From assembly GCF_009914755.1 (NCBI RefSeq), contig NC_060929.1: DNA of 64,000 bases. One strand, given 5' to 3'. This document shows, one piece after another, positions 54,076 to 64,000 of this stretch. The position numbers were made by a program, and so were the translations under genes. This DNA is from the human T2T-CHM13v2.0 reference genome, Homo sapiens. Each line of letters opens with the position of its first letter. Position 1 is the first letter of the stretch. The notes below the pieces were generated by a model. The model ran no database searches. It was not told where the DNA came from and saw only the letters and a list, made by a program, of their open reading frames with translations.

Positions 54076-54206
54076 CGGCACCAAATTTCATGCGCGCCCC
54101 TGTGAAGAGACCACCAAACAGGCTTTGTGTGAGCAACAAAAAACGGCACCAAATTTCATGTGTGTCTGCGTGAAGAGACCACCAAACAGGTTTTGTGTGA
54201 GCAACA
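54076..54206 (-). repeat. Tandem duplication of a 63-bp R-end/U5/partial-PBS unit
   Basis: cggcaccaaatttcatg...gtgtgagcaaca at 54076-54138 and 54144-54206, separated by AAAAA. Confidence 0.95.
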
Positions 54207-54606
54207 TGGCTGTTTATTTCACCTGGGTGCTGGGGGGCTGAGTCCGAAAAGAGAGTCAGGGAAGGGAGATAAGGGTGGGGCTGTTTTACAGGATTTGGGT
54301 AGGTAAAGGAAAATTACAGTCAAAGGGGGTTTGTTCTCTGGTGGGCAGGAGTGGGGGTCGCAAGGTGTTCAGTGGGGGTGCTTTTTGAGCCAGGATGAGG
54401 CAGGAAAAGGATTTTCACAAGGTAATATCATCAGTTAAGGCAAGGACCAGCCATTTACACTTCTTTTGTGGTGGAATGTCATCAGTTAAGGTGGGGCAGG
54501 GCGTATTCACTTCTTTTGTGATTCTTCAGTTACTTCAGGCCATCTGGGTGTATACGTGCAAGTCACAGGGGATGTGATGGCTTGGCTTGGGCTCAGAGGC
54601 CTGACA
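54154..54606 (-). promoter_or_regulatory. LTR7up-like 5' LTR of provirus 2
   Basis: Minus strand GACATTCCACCACAAAAGAAGTGTAAATGGC...CTCATCCTGGCTCAAAAAGCACCCCCAC matches my recollection of LTR7up. 453 bp versus 428-432 bp for the other LTRs. TATA is mutated to TGTAAAA (54284-54290). Confidence 0.8.
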
Positions 54607-57600
54607 CTTATAGACCTTAGAAGAAAAACTTTCAACCTTTCATTATTCACTGAGATATTAGCTATGGATATGTCATATATGGCTTTTATCATTTTCAGGC
54701 ACATATCTTCTGTGCCTAATTTGTTGAGACTTTTTATCATGAAGGGATGTTGAATTTTGTCAATTGTTTTGTCTGCATTTATTGAAATAATAGTATAATT
54801 TTTGCTCTTCATTTTGTTAATATGATGAATAATATTTATTGATTTGCAAATGTTGAACCATCCTTGCTTCCATAGGATGAACCATACTTAATCATGGTGA
54901 ATTATTTTTTTAATGTGCTATAGAATTCAGTTTGCTATTTTGTTGAGGACTTTTGCCTCTGTATTTATCAGAGATATTGGCCTACAGATTTCTTTTTTGT
55001 GATTGTTGTGCCCTTGTATAGTTGGAATAAGGATAATGCCAGCCGTATAGAATGATTTTGGAAGAATTCTGTCCTCTTTAATTTTCTGGAGTAGATTGAG
55101 AATAACTGGTATTAGTTCTTCAAGTGTTAGAATTCAGCAATGAAGCCATCAGGTCCTGGGCTTTTCTTTGATAGAAATTTTTTTTATTAATAATTCAATC
55201 TTGTAACTCATTATTAGTCTGTTCAGATTTTCTGTTTCTTCATGATTCAATCTTGGTAAGTTGTATTTGTTCAGGAATTTATCCATTTCTGATAGGTTCT
55301 CTAATTTTCTGGCATATGGTTGTTAATAATAGCCTCAGATGATCCTTTGTATTTCTGTGGAATTAGTTGTAACATCTCCTTTTAGTCTCTGATTTTATTT
55401 ATCTGAGTCTTTTCCTTTTTTTCTCAATTAGTCTGTCTAAAAGTTTATGTGTTTTGTTTATTTTTTTAAAAAGCAACTCTTCATTAACTTTTGCACTTTT
55501 AATTCTTAGTTTCATTGATTTGTTTTATCTTTATGACTTATTTCCTTCTACTAAGTAAGGGTTTTGTTTGTCCTTGTTTTTCTTACTCCTTGAGGTGCAA
55601 TATTAAATTTTATATTTGAGACTTTTCTTCTTCTTTGATGTAAATGCATTGCTATAAATTTTCCCTCTGAGTACTACTTTTGCTGTATCCCATAGGTTTT
55701 GGTATGTGTGCTTCCATTCTCTTTTGTTTCTAGAAGTTTTTAAAATTTACCTTTTAATATTTTTATAATTCATTCGTTGTTCAGGAGCATGTTTTTTAAA
55801 ATTCCCATGTATCTGTATGGTTTGCAAAGTTCCTCTTGTTATTGATTTCTACTTCCATACCATTGTAGTAAGCACCAATTCTTAATACAATTTCAATTTT
55901 TTACAATTTGTTGAGACTTATTTTGTGGCCCACTAAATGGTTTATCTTGGATGATGTTACACGTGCCCTAGAGAATAATGTATATTCTACTAATGTTGGA
56001 TGGAAAGTTCTGTATATATCCTTAGGTCCATTTTGTCTTAAGTATAGCTCAATTTCAGTAGTTTCTTAATTTTCTGTCTGCTTAATCTGTCCATTGTTGG
56101 AAGTAGGGTATTGAAGTCCACAACTATTATTGTTTTGCTATCTGTTTCTCCCTTCATGTTCATTAACGTTTGCTTCATTAGGTGCTCCAATATTGTGTGC
56201 ATATATATTTACAATTGTTATGTCTTCTTGATAAGCTGGTGCTTCATCATTAAATGATGACGTTTGTCTCTTGTGGCAGTTTTTGACTTGAAGTCTATTT
56301 TACATGACATAAATATAGTCACCTCTGCTCTATTTTGGTTACCATTTTCATGAAATATCTTCTTCCTCCCATTTACTTTCAGCCTATGTGTGTCCTTAAG
56401 GTTTAAGTGTGAATCTCTCAAAGGCAGAATATATTTGGATCTTCTTTTTGTAAAATGCATTTAGCCCCTCTGTGTCCTTGGATTGGAGAATTTAATTTAC
56501 GTTCAAAGTAATTATTAATAGGTAAGGACTTACTACTGTCAGGTTGTTAATTTCCTACTGGTTGTTTTGTAAATGCTTTGTTCCTTTTTTCCTCTCTTGT
56601 TTATCTTTGTGATTTGCTGATTTTCTTCAGTGTTAATTTTGATTTTTTTATTATACATGTATTTGCTATAGTTTTATTGCCTCATGAACATCATGAGGTT
56701 ATCATAGAACATCTTATAGTTAATAATAGACAATTTGACATTGATAACTTCAGTCACATACAAAAGCTCTATGCTTTTACCCTTCTCCCCACAATTTATA
56801 ATTTCGATGTCACAATTTATATTTTATATTACATATTTCTTAACAATTTGTTGCAACTATTATTACTTTTGACTGTTTTGACTTTTAACCTTCACACTAG
56901 ATATATGTGTGAATTATAATACGTCATAACAGTATTGGTCTATTTTGGACTTGACTATATATTTACCTTTATCAGTGAACTTTTTACTTTCATATGTTTT
57001 CATGTTAGTGATTAGTATCTTTTCATTTCTACTTTAAGAACTCCCTTACGCATTTCTTATAGGATAGGTTTAGTGATGATATAGTCTCTCAACTTTTGCT
57101 TATCTGGAAAATACTTTTTTTTTCCTTTATTTCTGAAGTACCTCCTTGCTGGGTATAGTATTCTTCACTAGCAATTTTTTTTCTTTTGGCATTTAAATGC
57201 ACCATCCCATTCTTTCCTGGCCTGCAGGATTTCTGCTGAGAAATCAGCTGATAGTTTAATAGAGATTCCCTTATACATGATTTGATGCTTTTCTCTTGCT
57301 GCTTTTAAAATTGTCTGTTTGTCTTTGACTTTTGGCAATTTAATTAAATGTGCCTCAGTGAGGACTTCTTTGCGTTAAGTCTGTTTGGGAATCCTTGAGT
57401 TTTATGCATCTGGCTGTCCACATCTCTTCCAAAACTTAGAAACTTTTCAACAATTATTTCATTAAATAAGCTTTCTGTTCCTATGTTTGTCTTTCCTCCT
57501 TCTTGAATTCCTATGAATGTTTGTTTGCTCAGCTGTGTTCCATAAATCCTGTAGGATCTCTTCAATCTTTTTCATTCTTTTTTTTTCCTTCTAACTGGGT

Positions 57601-60600
57601 AACTTCAAAAGATTTATCTTCAAGTTCAGAGATTCTTCTGCTTGATCCAGTCTGCTGTTGAAGGTCTCTATCATATTTTTTTATTTCATTCAATGAATTG
57701 TTTAAATAAAAGATTTCTGTTTGATTCCTTTTTATGACATGTAACTTTTAAGTTTTTCATTCAGATCATGATTTTTTTTCTGATTTTGTTGAATTGTCTG
57801 TCTTCTCTTGTATCTTGCTGAGTTTCCTTAAAATCATTATTTTGAGTTTCTCTTCAGGCACTTCATAGATTTCTTTTTCTTTGAGGTCAATTCCTAGAGC
57901 ATAATTATGTACTTTTGGTGTTCTTATATTCCCTTGATTTTTGATGTTTCTTGTGTTCCAGCATTGATGTCTCCCCATCCAATGGAACAATTATCTCTTT
58001 GGAACTTTACAGGGTGGATTTTTTCAAGAAAGACTTTCACATGGAGAAAGGTCTTAGTGTGCTGGTTGGGAAGGGTGTAGTGGTTCTATTTTTGAGTAGA
58101 TGCAGTGGTATAGCCTCCATGCAGTTTCTTCAACTGAAACCAATATCAGTGAGGACTGTGAGTGTCTTAGTGGCCTAGGCTGTAGGAGTTTATGGCAGCA
58201 ATGGCAGCAGCATAGATTGTTAGGGTCCACAGTGGCAAGGGCTTTTGGGACCCTCCTATTCTTGTTTTCCCTGCAATAGGAAGATTTAACTGAAGGGTCT
58301 TAGGCTCAGGGCCTCATGAACCTATTGTGGTACTTGGGACTTAAGGTTCAGGTTCACTCTTTGAGGCAGAGCTGAATGTAGATTGTCTATAGTGCTAGTT
58401 AGCTATGACTCTGAGGCCCCTTAAAGCAGCCTGGGCACTGGGGCTGGGTTATAGCTGTGAATCTGACCATATGGGGTGGGGCACAGCACTGGCCAAACTT
58501 TGGGGAAAAATGAGTGGTTTGGAGGTTTGGGCCCAGAAAGCTACAGCTACAATTCAGGAACCACAGCCAATAGGGCACTGTGGCAATTCAGATCCTGAGG
58601 GATGAGTTATTGTATACTGATCACTCTGGACCCTATACAATACCTCATCACCCAGGCATGATATGACTTGGAAGTACCCTAGACTTTCTGAGGTAGGTAC
58701 GGTAGCAACAAGGATCCCAGAATGTCAGAACACAGCCGTCACTTGAGCTGTGGAGGGCAGTGAGCACAGTGATGACTTCACTCCCTATGGAGGAGGGTGT
58801 CTCAGCTCAGACTCTAGAAGACTAATTCAAGTTCAAGGAAGCAGGGCACTAGAGTTGTTTGGCCTGAGGACCAGTGTCTCAGCTCAGCCACTTCTCTGTT
58901 TCCCTGGATGAGGGGTACCACATCATCTCAGTCCTGGGATGCCTGACTGCTTGGCTCAGCAAGCCTCTTGGCCTCATCCCCAAGAGGCAATGGGCCACTT
59001 CAGCTCAGGCCTTGGGGACATGACTTCTCTGGGAAGCCAAGGTACCATCTTCCCAGGAGGCAGGCACCACTTCAGCTCAGACACAGAAAGACAAGACATA
59101 CAGTGACTAGGAGGAGTAGATGGAGCAGTTCTGCCAAGGAGCTGTTTCCTTGGGAGACAGTGAACAGCTTCAGCTCTAGTCCCAAGAAATAAGGTGCAGA
59201 AGTTACTGGGTGGCAGGGGTCAGGTAGATGGAGCAACTTAGCCAAGGCATGTTTCTCCAGGAGAGAGTGCACGGCTTCAGCTCAGGCCCTGAGGGGCAAG
59301 GCACAGCAGTGACTAGGAAGGGTAGATGAGGCAGCTTCAAGGCCACGTGCCACCATGGGCTAGGATGTAGCGGCAGCTTGGCTGAGAGATGGTGAGCCAC
59401 CAGACAGGGGAGGTTCAGTGGTGACTAAAACGCAGGAATGGAATGGTGTTGTGGCCATTCACTCCTGGAGGAGAACACACTCCAGCAGTAGTTCCAGTTC
59501 CAAGATGGTATAGTGCAGTAGCCACATGGGCCACACAGGGTTGGGGCACAGTGTCAGCTCCTTCCCTTGGAGAAACACAGCTGTGTGGCTCTAGGCAGAT
59601 CCCTCAGCTGGCCTTAGTGACTGTGAGAACTGCAGGGGTCCCTAGTGGTAAGGACTGTAGGTGTCCCAGGTATTAATGGGGGCTGCTGGGATCTGTTTAT
59701 CTTTTACCCACAGGGAGAAGTCCCTCCTGGTTCTAAGCTGATCCTCACTGGGGGATAGGGTGGCAGAGGCCAGGTGTTCCCTTTGGTTCTCAATGTGGCC
59801 ATCCTGGGTTTCTGTGCTCTACAAAGACTTTTAGACTCTTTTGATGTACTCTAGTGCTCTCCTTTAGTTATTTTCATCAAAGTGTGGTTTATTCATTGTT
59901 TTGGCCATCTTGGTTGTGGGGGAAGAACACTAGAAGCTTCTAGCCAGCCATTTTGCTGACATCACCTCGAGTTTACTGACCTTTTTATAAATGAGAGGAC
60001 TGAAGTTTGAGTTCTAGGTCAAGGACACATAGTAATAAGCGTGTTAAAGGAGAGTTTTAAGCCAAAGCCTGTAGTACTATTCCCACCATAACATGCTAAG
60101 TATTAAAGTAAAGCCTCGCTTGCAATTGGACAGATTATTGGGTACAAACAGGACACTAAAGGAATCCTTGTCCCAATGTGCTCAAATAAGTGACCTCTGA
60201 GAGCAGCTGTCCAGGCAGGCACAGCTCTCCATGAGGGATGCCTGTGGCAAGCTCTCTAACAGTGGCTGCTGCCTGTCGTGGACAGCTAGCTTCCAGATCT
60301 CAATGCTGACACCCATGTAAGGCTTCTCAAAATTGACTTTCCCCTGTATAATGGCTTTTGTACCCTTTAGCAACCCAGGCTTATTTTTTGATTGAACTAG
60401 ACCCTAGTAATTTCCAGACTTAATGGATTTCAGAAGTTTTGAAATGCTGAACTGTTAGAGAAATACACAACCTACATGTGGCCACAGAGAATCTTCCTCA
60501 TAAGCCAACTGCACTCTAAATATTGAAATGTCATTTTCACAGCTATGCAGTTTTTCCAGATGGATTATTTTTCAAAATGGTTGACATTAGCAAAAAAACT

Positions 60601-60984
60601 CTTGCTATTAAAAAACTGCATAATGTTCTGTTAATGAAAATGTGAATAAAAATGTCTCTAATGTCACTTGTCCCTAATTAAATTTTTCACAAGAATGTTT
60701 TCAGCAACATACTGTGATTCTGTTAAATAGGAAAAGGAGTTACATTATATGGCTTAACAATGTTCCTGGAGTTACTTCCATAAGGAAAAGTGATTAGAGC
60801 CATTCCAGCTAATGACCACAATGTACAATAGTCATCTGAAGTAAGCATCCTCAGATTGCAATCAACAGTTCCACATAATAGCAAATTTGAAATTTTATCT
60901 GGTTTCTGGGTTTATCTTAGTTGGTGCCTCATTTTATGTTTCCCTGTGATTTAATACCAAGTGTCTGTGTTGCAAAGTTTTGTT

Positions 60985-61360
60985 TTGTTTTAAACTTTCA
61001 AAATTGAGGCACAACATGCACAGATAGGTGTATAAATCTTCAGTGAACAACTTAATAAATGTTTGCATATGTATATGTCTGTGTAGTTACCACCCAGGTC
61101 AAGTTATAGAATATTTTCAGCACCCAAGAAAGGTCATTTGTGCCCCTTTTCAGTCAACAACATCTTCAGAGGTCACCATATTTTTCCTTCTATCATTATG
61201 TATTTGTTTTGCTTGCTCTTGAGCTGCATAGCAGTACGCTTTTTGCTTCTGGTTTCTTTTGCATAATACTATTCCTGTGAGATTCATTCATGGTGCATGT
61301 GGCAGTAGTTCATTCTTCTTTGTTCTGTGTAGTATTCCATCATACCACGTTTACTTTTAA
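60985..61360 (-). mobile_element. Old L1ME 3' fragment
   Basis: ttaccacccaggtcaagttatagaatattttcagcaccc...gagattcattcatggtgcatgtggcagtagttcattc. Confidence 0.75.
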
Positions 61361-61371
61361 GAATCATAGCT

Positions 61372-61672
61372 GGCCAGGCACAGTGACTCATGCCTGTATT
61401 CCCAGCACTTTGGGAGGCCGAGGCAGGTGGATCACCTGAGGTTGAGAGTTCAAAACCAGCCTGGCCATCATGGTGAAACCCTGTCTCTACCAAAAATACC
61501 AAAATTAGAAGGGCCTGGTGGCAAGTGCCTGTAATCCCAGCTACTCAGGGAGGCTAAGGCACAAGAATCACTTGACTCCCAGAGGCAGAGCTTGCAGTGA
61601 GCCAAGATCCCACTACTGCACTCCAGCCTGGGCCACAGAGCAAGACTCCATCTCAAAAAACAAAAACAAAAA
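61372..61672 (+). mobile_element. AluS (Sq/Sx-like)
   Basis: Full dimer; TSD remnant AAGAATCATAGC / AAAAACATAGC. Confidence 0.95.
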
Positions 61673-63384
61673 AACATAGCCAAGCTAATCACAGACTCAC
61701 TCAATGCGGGGTGAACCTCTCCATCACTGCCTGCAAAGGATAAATTAAATTTTTAAAAATGCTATCATCTTATTTCCTCCTACAGAGAGGAAAGAACCGC
61801 CATCATCTACCCAGAAAAATTTCATCTCACATAGGCAGACGAGTCAGCCCTTTATTGGGTCAGGGCAATTTTACTTGTTAAACAACTGCCTCTATGATGC
61901 TTTGCAATATCCAGGGATCCCTGATAAGAAGGTGGTATTGTTAATTGACAAGCATGGAAGAAAATATTGCCTGTTTGATTCATAATCAGTAAATCATATT
62001 TAGCGATATAAATATCACCAGCAGTTTGAAGAGGAGACAGTTGCTAGGAGCAGTTCACTTAAGTCAAGCATTGATAGTACTCAGGCCTGAGTCACACTGA
62101 TGCTCGGTGCAGAGACCCAGGTAGAATGTATGAGGACCATAAAGAAAGAGGCTCCACAGACAGTACTCACCACAAACATAAAGGAGCAGAACAAAATAAG
62201 ATGGATAATGAGCTTTAACAAATGAAACTTTTGCTAAGGTAGATTTTACATAGAAATACAATAGTGTTATGTATCTGGACACATATAGAAACACAGGGGT
62301 AGAGATCAACAGAGAAATCAGAGCCTAGAATATCTCTTAACACTTAAGGCTTGTTTTTACAATCTTGTAGGAGATTGAAACATTCTGGTTTCAGCCTGCC
62401 ATAAAGTAAGTGCATGGAAGTCCAGACCTTATCAGTGCATTGTCATAGTGAAAGCCAGTCATCCAAGTATTTATGAAAACTAGAAGCAGAGGAACATTTG
62501 ATGAAAGAGAAAAAAAAGAGGATGTTATAAGATTCATACGTAATGAAAGGATGAACTTGAGAGAGCAGAGTTTTTAAACTACTTTAGCTCTACCATTTCA
62601 ATTTTATTAATAAAATAAATACTTAATCGTGTCTATGACTTACTAATTTGTTCATTCAGCTAGTTTTATTGAGCATCTTCCATACACCAAAACAGAGAAA
62701 GAGCCTTGTAAGTAGCAATGCCCTTTGTCGAAGGCAGCTACCCTGAATCTGCATCTTTATTTTCCAAGGACATTTTTTTTCCCATAGCTGTTTTTGCTGC
62801 CTGCACTTTCAAGTCTGTAACTATATTTACAGTTTTCTTTTTGCCTTTGACATTTGCACTTCTCAACTCAATGCTTCAGTAACTCTCCATGCCCTTTACA
62901 TATCCTGCAGCTAATAACTATGCTGCTTACTTAAGAAGTTACAAGGAGCCTCAAGTTGGAATGCTTTGAGAAATATGAGCCAACAGCTCCTATTCCCTGA
63001 CTGCATTTTCTGAGCATGGTTTGCAAAGTAGAAGCTTTGGGGAATGCTTAGGTGTGGGAAGAAGGAAAAGGAGGCATCTGCCTAAAATTTGAAGTCCTTG
63101 TAATGAAGCCCCTGGACTTTTAAAGTCCCCTATAATAAGAGAGGAACAATTTCCTTCATTAATTAGTCGTAGATGGTTTGAGAAACTTTGCCTACTATGC
63201 AAATTGCACAGTGCTCAGGACAGGAAATTCAAGAAGAGATGTCATTCTGGAGCTCAGCTGGGTTCATTCTGGCTTGAGAAAGAAGGTTCTAGGAGGAGGA
63301 ATGGAGAAGACATAATGGACCAAGAGAATTGATCTTGAAAACAGACAGAAAGCATCAGACTGCAGTTGAAGTTACAATGTTACA

Positions 63385-63625
63385 ACATGTGTCCCATTTG
63401 TTGAGCACTTACGTGTCAAACTCTGTGTCAGTCCAAGAGCATGTAGTATAAACTTCCCAACAACCCTATGGGGGCAGTTACCATTATTTTTGTCATATCA
63501 AAAATGAAGAGACTGAAGGTCAGATGTTTTCTGTAGATCACAGAACTGGTAAGTAGCAGAGCTGCAACTCAAACTCAGGCCCGAGCGACCCCAGAACCCA
63601 CGGTTTTAGCCATGTGCCATGTTAT
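63385..63625 (-). mobile_element. MIR
   Basis: ccatttgttgagcacttacgtgtca...caaccctatg...agatcacagaactggtaagtagcagagctg. Confidence 0.8.
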
Positions 63626-64000
63626 CTCCATATTATCTCTTTGTTGAGATAAGGGAAGATACACAGGACAGGGTGATTTTCACTGGAAAGTGAAGGTGGT
63701 CAGGGGCAGGGGTACCTGCATGTCTGGAGATGGAGAATGGAAGGATGAGTCTTTGGCTTTTATAAAAGCCAGTGTTCTCTGAAAACCTCATAATACCCAG
63801 TATGTCAGGCAGCTCTACTTGTGGATATCACTGCCAATCAAAACTTGGATATGTCCTTCTAAGGAACCCTGGTTTTCTCATCTCTGTTCCTCAACCACTC
63901 TGAAGCTAAGCAAGAACCTCTTTAACTGGAGCAGCTTGTTAACCTTCCAGAGAGCTCTCTTGCTTCTGACACCTTGACTGCCTCTCATCATGCTGCTGAT

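Larger units (their letters stand above)
48912..54606 (-). mobile_element. HERV-H provirus 2 (chimeric, ~5.7 kb)
   Basis: Perfect 5-bp TSD CTTAT at 48907-48911 and 54607-54611; LTR7 at both ends; HERV-H internal sequence 49344-53311; non-viral insert 53312-54072. Confidence 0.95.
42905..59969 (-). mobile_element. Near full-length L1MA (MA4/MA5-like) hosting two HERV-H proviruses
   Basis: L1MA 3' end at ~42905-43165; ORF2 text at 43170-43525, 47977-48911 and 54607-56500; ORF1 pieces 57344-57990; 5'UTR begins GAGGTGATGTCAGCAAAATGGC (YY1-like) at ~59969. Confidence 0.87.

Noticed and set aside
43526-54606. Tandem segmental duplication as the origin of the two proviruses
   Set aside because: Different TSDs, non-duplicated contiguous L1 between them, and different gag and LTR structure.

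Overview
Primate (very probably human) intergenic or intronic DNA dominated by interspersed repeats. I see no convincing protein-coding exon, RNA gene or CpG island, and I cannot name the locus. The left end is the 5' half of a minus-strand L1PB interrupted by a MER11 solo LTR (TSD CTTAAG) and an Alu. The middle is ordinary old genomic DNA (MIR, L2, MaLR/ERVL LTRs, DNA transposons, Alus) with two apparent locally templated insertions: a 69-bp inverted copy and a ~170-bp direct copy. The right third is a near full-length minus-strand L1MA carrying two independent, co-oriented HERV-H proviruses 935 bp apart. The second provirus (48912-54606, perfect TSD CTTAT) is the most unusual object. Its two LTRs differ in type (LTR7up-like 5' LTR), it has a duplicated U5-PBS unit, and its leader is replaced by ~760 bp of much older host DNA (L2, MER94, MIR). 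It also keeps a stop-free gag frame covering capsid and the zinc knuckle. The two proviruses share a ~99% identical tract, which points to gene conversion. Repeat family names are from memory of consensus sequences and need RepeatMasker/Dfam confirmation; coordinates of old repeats are approximate.
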